Source of the DNA: Cenococcum geophilum
Taxonomy: Eukaryota
Length of the DNA: 64,000 nt
Reading direction: 5' to 3'
NCBI GenBank assembly: GCA_050273025.1
Contig: CP158635.1
Span: 4,588,001-4,652,000 of the forward strand
Positions 25,196-38,500 of this stretch are shown one piece after another (positions within the stretch are counted from its first letter, which is position 1; every line of letters begins with the position of its first letter). Made by a program: the position numbers and the translations under genes. The notes beneath the pieces were generated by a model, which had not been told where the DNA came from, did not search any database, and saw only the letters and a list, made by a program, of their open reading frames with translations.

Positions 25196-25566
25196 ATATA
25201 TTAGGCCGGCGACGTCTATTATTTCTTAATTAGATAGAGTAAATAAATAGCTTTTAATTAATTCCGATTGCAAATGTTTTAGAGTTAATTTAGGGTATAA
25301 GATATAGCGTTGTAATAGAAGAGTTGTCGCCTAATAAGAAACATTAAGTTCTTATATAAAGGGCGCCTATAAGCTCTTAGACCCTTGGGGAGAAATTCTT
25401 TTTAGTATAATCTAATTGGTTTAGGAGTTCGCAGGAGTCCACAGGACTAGGGTAAGGTGATTTTATTGGCTTAGGAGTTTGCAGGACTCTACAAGCGCAG
25501 CACTAGCCCTTAGCGCCACGCCGTGGCGCAATTTCTTCCCGGGGGTCTGATTTATGAGATAATAGG

Positions 25567-27855
25567 TATTAGAGGTCTAGGTTAGGCTTAGTATAACCTT
25601 AGGTTACGTATAACCCCCTAAGGTCCGCGATATATTATCTAAATAGTACTAGGTTAGTATAGAGGTTCTTATTATATGCCTTTAACCTTATTATTGCCTT
25701 AATAATCTATTTTTTAACCCTCTTTTTATTCTTTTACCCGCGCTAGTTTCTAGCTTATATAGGGCTTTTAATTTTATATAAAACGGCCTACTATAATTAT
25801 AATTATATAATATAGAGCTTTCTTCTTTTCCTTCTCTATTAATATTTACGCGTTTAGTAGCTTTATTTACCTATACCCGCGCCACACTTATATATCTTCC
25901 CCCTAACCTCTTACAGAGATAAAGTCTTTTAAAAATCTTCTTACCCTACGGTCTACTTTATAGTTAAAGAAAGCCCCTTTTACCTCCTTGTTTCCCTCCT
26001 CCTATAGCCTTTAAAATAAATTTAAGGCCTAAATAACACGGCTATATAATATTTATAAGGCCTAGCGCTTAAAAAAAATACTATAAGGGCGTATAAGCTA
26101 AAGTAAAAAGAGTAGAAAGACTAGTATATAAAACTAAAAGGTAATATAGACGGCGCCTAGGTAATAAAAGATAAGCTTTACCTATTTTTAGAGTAGTGTT
26201 ACGGCACTAACCTAACGCATACTGTTTTATACTATCTCGTACTATTTCCTACTATTAGCTGGCCCACTACTAGTGACTTAGCGGCTAGCCCTACTATTTA
26301 TATATAATACCCCCTTTCCAACTTCTTCCCCTCTTTATACTATAACGTAGTTATTTAGTCTACTTTATTGCAGCACTGTAACAGTTTATAGTATCTTTAA
26401 TTTGCGCCCTATCGTAATCACTAATTCCTTATACCCTAGCTAATTAACCTCTACCCTAGAGTAATCGCGACCTATATACGCCTCTACTAAACCTAATACA
26501 TCCCTAGTACAGTCCTAGAATAATCTTTAGTTTTTACCTAACGCCTAAATAGGCGACACTATTAACGCCAAAATAGCCGAAACCTAAAACCCTTATAACA
26601 TTTTTATAGACCTCTTTATAGAGACACACCCTAATATTATATAGATAATCCGCCGCTCCCTACTATACCCTAAGACCTTTAAGCCTAGTAAAGCTTACCT
26701 TACCCTTATTAACTATACTAATAAGTTCCTTAATAATATTAAAGTAGGACTATAGTGTATATATAATATAAACACCGCTAATAAAAAAGCTAATAAAAAC
26801 CTTAGTGCCCTTATTACTTCTTAGATAGGAACTATTAACTCCTAGGTAAAGACTATCGCCGTTTTAAAATAATTAACCCCTATAATAATAGTAGTAACCT
26901 AGTAAAAAAAACAAAGATCTAAAGACCTGCTAATATTTAGCGGAAAAGGTACCCTATTAGAATAATAAGCTAATTTTAAGACCTAGTATATTAAGATTAA
27001 GGGAGTCTTTAACCGGGACTAGGACTACTTTAATACAGTTTAATCCTAAATCCTTTATATCTTGTATATACTAAAGGATAAGGCCTATAAGTTTATTAAG
27101 TAGGGCTTAAAGCTTATATACGAGAACCTAAACAATATATCTGCGTAGAAATGGCCTACTAAGGAAGATATACTTAAAGACCTTACTGCCTATTATAAGG
27201 TCCTTAATATAACCTAGGTTATAAAGAATAAGCTTAACTATTTCCCCTAGGGCAAGCGTAATTACTAGTCCTAGAAGGGAGAGCTTAATAAGCTAATAAT
27301 CCGCGCTAAAAAAATAGATAAATAGAAGGTGAACCTACTCTAAAAGTTTATTTCTCTAAAGATAGAAGAGCTAGTACTTAGACTTGCCTATAAAATTAAC
27401 GATAGTAACTATATAGGTTAGAGTAAGTAGATAGATATATTTGCTAAAAACCTTACAAACTATACACACTAAGCTAACCTTAAGAAGAACGCTAACTACT
27501 ACCTACTTACCTAAGCCTCTGCCCCTATATTAACTTTAACCCTAGTAATAACTAAAGAACCTATAGACCTTAATAGAATCTTAAATACGGAGCGTAAGCG
27601 CCGCGTTAATAATAGACTATACCTTACTTATAGCCTGCCCGGATACTAAAAGGACGCCTATAACCCTATTAAATAGTAAACCTAGTCCTAATGCCACCCT
27701 ATTAAATGACGTAAACTAATAACCGTAGACGCGGTGACTATAGAGTCTATTATAGACACGGCGACTACGGAGCCTATTATAGCCGCAGCGGATAATCCTT
27801 TCCCCCCTTTAACCCTATAGCTTAGTTACTCTAAACTATACCCTATATAGAAGCC
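25567..27855 (+). mobile_element. Gypsy-like LTR element A, 5' part (probable LTR 25567-25704, gag), truncated by element B
   Basis: De-RIP gag KDPPMFSGKG...FETWxIKI (~26920-27000) and EPMDLDRISDTERKRRVDNGLCLACGLPGH (~27557-27646). LTR bounds are tentative (TATTAG...TTAATA, read as RIP-modified TG...CA). Confidence 0.65.
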
Positions 27856-30800
27856 TGTAACAGGACTAGCCTAGTTATAATAGAAATATCTTAATAAAAC
27901 ACTCAATAGATAAATTCCGACGCTTTAACCGAATTCTGCTAGATTAATTAAATTTTACTAAAGTCTATTAAGGACCGCGTGCGTATATACGTACGCATTA
28001 ACCACTAAGCCCCTAACTATTTAATTATATAATTCCCTTATTATTCCCTTCCCTTCTTTACGCAATGTCTTGTTCTTAGCGAGAGCTATATACCTTTAGA
28101 TTTAGATAGAATTTATATTATTCCTTTAAATCTTCCCTAGAGTCTCTCCGCGCCCTTATACTACGTTATGTTAATACTAATACCCTTAAAATAGTAAACA
28201 AACTTAAATCCGCCACGTCAACTATTATAGCCCTAGTTAGGGAATAAATAACTATAATGCAATAGTCCTTTATAGATGTCTTGGCCTAGTAACAAACTAT
28301 ACTAAAAGCTTAGTATTAGTAATTAATTAAAGCAATACGCAAAGAACTCTATAACGCCAAAGTACTTACATTAAAGACCCTAATAGCAATACCTATAAAT
28401 AAAATCGAAATAACTATATGTAAACCCGACCCATTAAATATAAACCCTAAACTAGTAATAGCAGCTTAACCCGTACCTATAACGAACCTAGTACCTACTA
28501 CAAAATTAGAAAAGCTCCCTAACCCTCTAATATTTAATAGAAATTAAAATAACCTATATCCCTTTATAACTAAGCTCTATTTTAAACTTTTAATAAACTA
28601 TAACTAATATCCTACTAAAGCTAGTAAGATTAGCTATGGAATGTCTCGTTTAAGTAAAGACGCTATACAAACTATAGACCCATTCTTCCGTAATAGCACC
28701 TTTATTAATTTTAAAATCTTTATCTTTTTACTAAAACGAATATGTAATAATACCAGCCGCAAATACACAGCTGTTACTAAACTTAAAAACCTATAATAAC
28801 GGAACTAAGACTTTACTAGCTTCTTTTTGGAATTTTTAGGCCTTATTAGTAAACTAGATTAGAATAAAGCCGCTAAAGTTACTACTCTCCGCCAAGCTAT
28901 TTTAGATAAAATTAGAGTATAGTTAGTAGGCAAAGAACTGCTAAAGGACTTATCCAAATTTACTATAATATATTAACAAATTAATAAGGACCTTTAATAT
29001 AATAAATAGACTTATTCCCTAAAGCCAACTACACCTTATATTTAAAACTCTACGAAACTGGTATATACCCTAAAGCGCGATCCGTCTCTAAGACCTAAAA
29101 GTCCTATATATAACCCTATAAACCTTAACGCTACTTAATCTTATATACCCCTAGAAGCTAATAAATAAAGAATATAGGCTGTAAATGGAGAATATTTTAG
29201 ATATAGAAAAAAGGGATACATTTAAAGGGATTGCTAAACTTACCCTTTTAAAAAGGTCCGCCGTAGCTCCTTTTAATCCTTAAGTTATACTTATTCTATA
29301 AATTATACTTAGTCGCTATAAAGCATCTCGCCTTTAATTAACTTAGAAAACAAATTATCCTAGGGCTAAGTTGCGCTTTAAGATAAGAAGTGGAAGAGTA
29401 TAAGTATTTAGGCTCTTTTAGCGCTAATATATTACACGACTCCCTTAATATACTTAGCAAAATTTAAATACTTAAAAAATAGAAGAAAGTACAAATCCTT
29501 ATAGATAGCGGAGCTACTAATATAGGCTTTATTAATACGAACTATGTAAAAACTTAACGCTTAAATTTAAAGAAACTTAATAAGCCCTAAGGCCTATAAG
29601 GCTTTAATAGTAAGCCTTTAATATACGGCGAACTAACGCACTATACTTTTATAAAGATATAAATAGGCAAACACCTTAAATACATTTCCCTATTTATAAT
29701 ACCCTTAAAGCATTATAAGGTAATACTTAGATATAGATAGCTAAAACAATACAACCCTTTAATTAGCTAGGTTAAAATAATACTAAAATTCCGTACAACT
29801 TATTGCTAAAGTTATTACTTAAAATACCACTTACCCTATAAATATATACACGACTATTTAAATTTAATATAATATAAATTGCCCTTACTATAAACCTTAA
29901 ACCAATATAATAAAGTTATAACTGCTAACCGCGGTAAAGAATGCGAAGATAATATATTAAAACTTCTTAAAATTTATATAGTATAAGCCGCACCCTTTTA
30001 TTTATTAGTAAGAAAATAAGACTATAAGATCTTTATTATAACACTAAAAGATATTAAAAAGGCGTTAGAACTAAAATAATATATTAACCCCTAACCTTTT
30101 ATACCTAAAGAATATTATAATCTAATTAATACGTTTAAGAAATAATTTATAAACTAACTACCCCCGTATTAAGATAAGTATAATTTTAAGATAGAACTTA
30201 AACCTAGTATAACGCTAAAGTTTGGCCCGTTATATAGTATATTATAAGAAGAGCTGCTTATAATATAATAATACCTTAAAGAGCACCTAGAGAAAGGATT
30301 TATTCGCCCTAGTTAATTACTATTTGCCTTATTTATACTATTCATTAAGAAACCTAGAGGAGGCTTAAGGTTCTATATTAATTATTAAGCCCTAAATACG
30401 ATTATAATTTAAAACCGATATCTAATTCCTCTGCTTTAAGAAACGCTTAACTACTTAGTAAAAGCACGATACTTTATAAAGCTTAATATAGTTACTACCT
30501 TTAATCGAATCCGTATTTGCGAAGGAGATAAAAAGTATACGGCTTTCTGTATACAATAGGGACTTTTTAAATACCTAGTAATGCCGTTTAGTGTAAAAAA
30601 CAGTCTTAGTACGTTTTAGTAATACGTTAATAATACGCTTCGCGAATCCCTTAATATATTTATTACCGCGTATATTAATAATATCTTAATCTATTTATCT
30701 TTGCTTTCTAAGTATTAGAAACACGTCTAAATAGTCCTTAAACGCCTATAAGACGCGGGCTTATAATATAATATTAAGAAATGCAAGTTCTATACGTCTA

Positions 30801-32571
30801 AAGTTATATACTTAGGCCTAATTATATCCCGTAACGGAATTAAAATAAACCCTAAAAAAATCGCTGCGATTATAAACTAGAAAAGTCCTAGTAGTATATA
30901 AGATATCTAAGGATTTCTAGAATTCGCAAATTTCTACTATTAATTTATTAATTACTTCTTAAAAATTATTTAGCTATTAGTAAACTTAATAAGGAAGAAT
31001 ATAAAATTTAAATAGACTACTAAATATAAATAAGCTTTTAACAACCTAAAATATCGTTTTATAACTACTTTAATTTTTACTTACTTTAATCTGGACCTTA
31101 AATACATCGTTAAAATAAACTCGTCTAATTATGTACTAGAAGGAGTATTATCGCAATATAATAAGAACGGTGAGCTATACCTAGTAGCTTTTCTTTTCTA
31201 AAAACTTACCCCTACTAAATTAAACTATAAGATATATAATAAGGAACTGCTTACAATTATTAGATACTTTAAATAATGGCGTTTAGAACTTAAAGGATTA
31301 TTATTCTTAATACACGTATTAACAGACTATAAAAACCTATAGTACTTTATAACTATAAAGCAATTATTATAACGCTAAATTTGTTAGGCCGAATACCTTT
31401 TATAATTTAACTTTAAGATTACGTATTAACCTAGTAAACTTAATTAAAAGCCTAACTTATTAATATAATAATTATAGAACTTACCTATAAACGCCTCTAA
31501 TAAACGGATTATAAATTAATTATAAATTCTACTGCCCCCTAAACGCTTTAAGAAACTATACCCTATATTTTTAAACGCGAAGCTTAACAGAAATGGTTTA
31601 GAAATTAATAAGTAGGATATAAAAATTGATAAATTAATAGAGCATAAATATAAGAACGACCCCTAAATAGTAGATATAATAAAAGCGATTTAAGCAGGGA
31701 AACGGCAATATAAGAATATTACACTCGCTAAATGCGAAATCTGTAATAATTAATTATACTATTAACAGAAGATAGTAATCCTAAATTCCGAACCTTTATA
31801 ATTTAAGATACTTAAATTTATACACAATTCCCTTATAGTAGGGCATCTTAGCCATATAAAGACCTATAAGATTATCTAACGAGTATATTACTAGCCTATA
31901 ATGCACAACTATATATAAAAATACGTTTAAGTATATAGAACATATATGCGTGGGAAAACCTCTTATATAAAGAAGTAAGGAGTACTTTAACTATTGCCAA
32001 TTCTAATATAAAAATGGCGAAATATCTTAATTAACTTTATAGTTAACCTGCCTAACAGTAATAGGTTTACAAATATTATAGTAGTTATTAACCATTTTAT
32101 AAAAATACAACATATAATTCCTATGGACTTAATTAATGCAATATTAGTAGCTGATTATTTTATTAAGTACGTCTTTAAGCTATATAGACTTCCTAATTTA
32201 ATAATATCTAATTACGGAAGCTAGTTTGTTTTAGACTTCTAGTAAGCCCTATATAAATAATTAAGTATATAAATACAACTCTTAACTATATTTTATCTAG
32301 AGATAGATAGTTAAACTAAAATTGCAAACGCGATTATAGAATAATACTTATAAATATACTACTCCTACCTATAAGACGATTAGGAAAAGTAGCTACCTTT
32401 AGCTAAGTTTACTGTAAATAATATAAGAAATAAATTAATAGGCGTAACGCCGTTCTACGCAACCTACGGATAAGACCCTTAACTTAGATTTAAACTATAA
32501 CCCGAAATTAATATAATAGGACCTGCGATTAAGAGGATTTAACTAATTAACGCGTATAACTTCGCTAATTA
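27856..32571 (+). mobile_element. Gypsy LTR retrotransposon B: 5' LTR (27856-28160), gag, protease, RT, RNase H, integrase; 3' end missing
   Basis: LTR TGTAAC...CTTATA matches 45542-45885. Motifs ILIDSGAT (~29496-29519), KKPGGGLRFCIDY (~30347-30385), YIDDILIY (~30671-30694), NYEIYDKELL (~31223-31252) and FHPETDGQTE (~32291-32320). Confidence 0.9.
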
Positions 32572-35500
32572 TGTTACGGACGCTTTAAGTATAATATTAC
32601 GACTACTTGGGGAAGAGTTGGACGAAGCTAGTTAGTTAATTAAAGTACGGTCTAGGATGGAGCCGATAGAGCTATATAACGAGGAATGGTAACCAAGGTC
32701 ACGTAAGGTGATTTATATAATCTATAGGATCTGCGTAATCCGCGACAGAATAAATAGAGTATATATACATCACGTATAAGAAGGATTTCATAGGAGTACG
32801 GTTGTGTATTTAAGGACCTTTAGTCCCTACCTAGATAGTTCCTTCCTTATAGTGATTCTTAGAATATAATTAGAGTTAATCTATTAGGCAACTACTCCAC
32901 CAGTTATTATTACGTTGTTGACTTTAATTTACATTACCTATACACCTAGCCTAATAACGAGCCTACCGTAGTACCTACTACAAGGTTTTATTATATAATC
33001 ACTACCTAGTTATAGTATTAAATATAAAAAGTCGAACAACATACTACTAAAAGCAGCCACTATAACGCCATTGACGGCAGCAACTACTTTAAGGTTAGGT
33101 GATACTAGTATAGCAGATACTGACTTATAGTAACCTGTGACGGTCGGATAGTTATAAGAGATAGTTAACTAGTTAATAGCTAATAATGCAGTAATAGAAG
33201 AAAGGGTTAATGGGATAGGAGCGGCGAGGATTAAGCTACTATTAATTAAAAGGTATTTAGGTAAGAGGTTAAAGCTTAAAGGATTCCTTACGCAAATGCA
33301 CTTTAAGGTTATATAAGAAGGGGCAAAGTTGCCAACACCTATAGATTGAATAGCCTATACAGGACTATTCCTATTAGGAAGAGCACTTAAGTAATTTAAG
33401 CCTTACCTTATAGAAATATAGGTAAATAGAATAAAAACTACTAATTAAGAGGTGCGATTTATATTCTTAAGCTAGGAAGGGTTTATAAAGCGACTTACGC
33501 AAATATTTAGAGACCTAGAGGTAGTAACTACGGCAGAAAGAAAACTCTAAGATATTACGCAATGAATATTAGCAATTAAGTATATAATATAGTTCCAGAC
33601 GTTAGTAATATAAGTTAAGTAGAATAATAAGGCGCTTATAGCACAGTATAAATAAAGGCTTAAGGCTAAAGTCTAGAATATAATTATCCTAATAGAAGAT
33701 ATGGATACCCTATAGGATTTAATAGATTAAGCGATTAAGATTAACAATTAGATCTACTAGAGGGAATAGGCTAAGAGAGGTTAAGATAGAGTTCTATAGT
33801 TATATAAGGCGTAGAGTACGCATTAACTAAAGCTAAGTTAGAAACTATAGTATGGCGCAGAGCTAATAGACCTAAGTGGTACTAAAGAAGCCTATAAGAG
33901 ATAGAGTAAGAAACTATAGAAACCTAAAGGTTAAGGATTTAGTAATTATAGGATTAAGGAGTAGAGGCTAAACTAGGGATCTTAGTAGTAGAAGGCGTTT
34001 AGGCGGACTCTATAATAAAGTTAATAGTTTAAAGATAGAGCTTATATAAATTGCGGAAAACAAGGTTATTTCGTAAGGGATTATAAAAATAGTTAGAGTT
34101 ACTATATAATAAAGGGAACCCGGCTAGTAAAAGACATATATATATAGAGGGACAATAGTATACTGCAAGAAACAAAAGAATATTTAATTAGAAGTTTTGC
34201 GTTCTGTTATAATAACGCATACTAAATTTATAAAGACGCTAAGTACGGCGTAAGCTATTAGCTATAGGAGCTAAAATCCTTAAAATATAGAGGGACTAAT
34301 AAACTAGTTCGTAGATCGGATATTAAAGATAATAAATTTAATAAAGGCGAAACATTTTATAACGATAAAATAATAAAGGCAGCTTACTAGAAGTATGTAA
34401 ACCTTAAAGATATTATAATAGAGGTAGAGGATAATTCCACTATAGAATAGGGAATATTAGTAGGGATTAAGACCCCACTAAACACGATATCTATCGCTTT
34501 ATAAGACGTAAGAGAAGTAGGGCAGTAAACCACTTTGGCACTTAATAAAGGTAAGAAGCTAAAGGCTTAAGAATTTTAAGACGAGATAAGAGATGACTAA
34601 GATTATTAAGATAAGATGAGGTAAACCTAAGGACCTATAATGGATAGAAACTAATAGAGTAGGGTAGTAGCTTAGTTTAAGGATATACGAATAAGCTTAG
34701 GATAGAGTTTCCCATAGGTATAAGATTCTTAAAATAAGATAAGTAAGATTTAAGACTCTTAAGATAAGATAAGAATACTAAATAAGCCTAGTTAAACTAA
34801 GGTAGAAGTAAAGCTTAAGTTAGAAGCAAGCTTAGGATTAAGAATCCTATAAAACTAAGACTTTAAGATATAAATAAGGACCATCGATAAGATTAGAGAA
34901 TCTATAGTATAAACAGCAACTAGACTAAGAGACAGATATATAGACCTAAAGGACTTACTAGGGGAATATAGTATTTAGCCTAAAAATCAAAAAGCTGATA
35001 CCAAGATTAAGAAGTAAGAAGACTTTAAGGATCTACTTATAAGACGCAAAAAGAAAGAAACTATAAAGGAATTTAGAGTAAGAATTACCTCATAGCAAGA
35101 ACAGAAACTAGATAAGAGATCTAGTACGTTAGGACGTATAAGGGACAGAGCACCTATATAAAGAATTACTAATAGGCCTAGAATAGGCACACTAAGAGCT
35201 AAGTGGCTTACTAAACTGGAATAAGAAGAGGATCTAGGGATTTTAACTAAATTCGAAGAACGACATATAAAAGGCTGTCACAACGCAGTAATAAGAAGAT
35301 ACTTCCTTACGAATAAACTATATATACTTTAGTAGCTGTACTAAAAGTGGTATAGGTAACGATATAATAATAAATAAGAAGATTTCTATATATGGTTAGA
35401 TAAAAAGGTTATTTAAGACCACCCGATTACAGAAAAGGCGATAAGTCATATTAAAGGAGCCTTAATTATAACATTAAAAGATCTAGAGGAACGTTTAGAG

Positions 35501-38500
35501 GATTAAAGAAGTAAAAGATATATCTTAATACCTGCGAATAAAGTTATAACGTTTAGATTAATATAATAGAGGTTTAAACTTAAGGATAAAGACGAACTAA
35601 GAGTTAACCCAAAACACTAAGTATATTATACGCTATTATAGATCGTATACATGGATGATATGTATAATATATACAGAGCACTAAAGGATAAGTATTGGAA
35701 ATACCCTATAAGAATATATTAGCTAATAGAAGAGTAAAAGTATTAAAACGCTAAGTACATACATGGCTGGTATCTAGTAAAAGTTTAGGAGTTAGAAGAC
35801 TTAATACTTTAACTAGGAAGATTCCTTATAGAAGAATGCCTAGATGGATAATAGTGGTGGGAATGCCTAGAAAACACGTATCTATAGTATATTAAAGATA
35901 AAAAGCGAATAAAGTATTGGCTAAAGATAGACCAAGTACAGACAGGATTAAATAGTTAATAGTTGGGAAACGTAGAGGCCTATAGGACTAAAGGGAGCTA
36001 GTAGTAGAGCCTTAGACCTTTAAAGGAATTTAAGAATAATACCTAAATTTATAAGTTAAATAGCAAAATTAATAGTTTAAAGCATTAATAGATAGTAGAG
36101 TAATAAGAAATTATATCTCACTAACAGTAGTTAAAAGAAGAGGATTACTATATAGGAAAAAGAAATGTGCTTATTTATTAGTAACGATTTTAGGAGATCC
36201 GATAACCTATAAAGGAGGGATTATTAATCTAGAAATAGGACCTATTTAATTAACTATTAAAGGGAGATAAATTGAGATATTTTTTAATGTATTACTATTG
36301 GGGAATAATAAGGCAGTACTAGGAATGCCTTAGTTATAGGAATATAATTTAAAAATTGATTGGGTTATAAGTTAGGTCAATATTAGGGATACTTAATGAC
36401 GTAAAATATAATAACAAGCTAAGTTAGTATAGTACTAAGTTGGAGCGATATATAAGGAGACTAAGTAAGGCTTAAGTTATATACTAAAGAGATACTATAA
36501 GTATGGTAAGAAACTATAGTTACTAGAGAGTAAGAAGCTGTTAGAATATATAGCATAGGACTATAAGATAGAATTAGAACTAAAAATAAGTTTAAGGTTC
36601 TTTCCAATCTATAAACTTACTAAAGAAGAAGGTAGAGCACTAAAAGAGTTTATCTAAGAAAACTTATAAAAGGGATATATTAGACCATCGCAGTTATTAG
36701 CGGGTTATCCAGTACTATTTATACTAAAGAAGAATAGTAAACTAAGGCTGTATATTAACTATAGACAGTTAAACAGCATTACTAGAAAGGATAGGTATCC
36801 TTTACCCTTAATTAGCGAAGTCTAAGATAGGATAGGTAATATACAAATCTTTATAAAGATAGATCTAAGATAGGCGTACTATTAGATTAGAATTAAGGAA
36901 GGCAATAAATAGAAGGCAGCCTTTAGGTTAAAGGAAGGACTATACGAACTATTAATTATATAATTTAGGCTTATAAACGCACCAGCAATGTTCTAGAAGC
37001 GTATTAACAATATATTAGGAGAACACTTAGATAAATTTATTATAGTATACCTTAATAATATTATTATCTACTTAATAATAGAGGAAGAATATAGAGAATA
37101 TATTAAATGGGTTTTAAAGAGACTATAAGAAGAACAGATGCTAGTAGCAATTAAGAAATGCAAGTTCTTCACTAGAAAGACCAATTTTGTTAAATTTATT
37201 ATTAAACTAGGCCAACTTAATATAGATCTAAAGAAGATTAAGGCTATAGTAAATTAGTAAGAACTAGAGAATGTTATAGAACTAAAATTGTTTTTAGGGT
37301 TTTATAATTACTATAGAAGGTTTATAGCGCAATAGTTAAAAGATATTAAACTATTTACGCGGTTAACAAAGAAAGAAGAACTATAGGTATAGGGAGAGAA
37401 ATAGCGAGAGTTATTTAAAAAAGTTAAAGAGTTGTTTACCTAGGAGCTAGTTCTTAAGATCTATTAACTAGGACTAAAAACGGTTATAGAAATAAATATA
37501 TTAGATTATATACTAGGGGTATGCTTTATATAGAAATATTAAGATAGATAGTATCTAGTGGTATACTATAATCGGAAGATAATACCACTAGAGTTAAACT
37601 ATAACATCTATAATAAGGAGTTATTAGGTATAGTTACAGTACTAAAGAAATAAAGAGTATTCTTATAAGGTATAGAGAAACTATTTATAGTTAAGACGGA
37701 TTATAAGAACCTAATAAGATTCCTAATAATAAAGGAACTTAACTAAAGATAAGTTAGATAGGCAGAGATGCTTGCAGAATATTACTTTAAGATTTAGTAT
37801 ACTAAGGGTATAGATAATACATAAGCAGACGCTTTAAGTTAGAAGGCTAAACTACAGAATAATAAAAAGCTATTAGGGGCTTTACTGTAAAAGGATATAG
37901 ACGGATTAATTAGGTATAATTATCTAAAGATTATAATAACCTAGGAAAACAAAAAACTAGAAAGAGTCTATAAGACACTAGAGAGCTTTTAGGTATAAAG
38001 AATTTTAAAAGCATAGCTAGAAGATTTATAGGCGGATATATACAAGAATTAAGAAACTAAGTATATCCTAAGAAGCATAACAGAAGATTTTATAGAAGAT
38101 TTCTATAAAGGAATAACTTAAGGACACAATGGAGCTATAGGCTTAGTGTTAAGACTCTAAGAGGAATATATTATTAATAGAATCTAAGGCTTAGTACGGA
38201 AAGTTATAAAGGAATATTTAGATTATTAGAGAAATAAACCAACGAGGCATAAGCCATATAGAGGGCTATAACCTATTAAAATACTAAAGAAACCATAGGA
38301 GGTTATATTATAGGACTTTATTATTAAGTTACTAAAATTAAGAAATCCTATTACCGGGCGAGATTATAACGCGATCTTAGTAATAGTAAATAAGCTTATA
38401 AAGTGGGGGTACTTTATAGTATATATAGAAGAAATATTAGTAGAAGATGTCGCTAGAATCTATATTAAAGAAGTATTTATAAGACATGGGGTACTAAGTA

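Larger units (their letters stand above)
16975..25564. mobile_element. Academ/AcademH-like helicase-encoding DNA transposon, 8.6 kb, RIP-degenerate
   Basis: TIRs TGTTATCTCATAAATCAGAC (16975) and GTCTGATTTATGAGATAATA (25564): 19/20 match, with weaker similarity to ~35 bp. Encloses convergent helicase and transposase genes and subterminal repeats. Confidence 0.85.
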
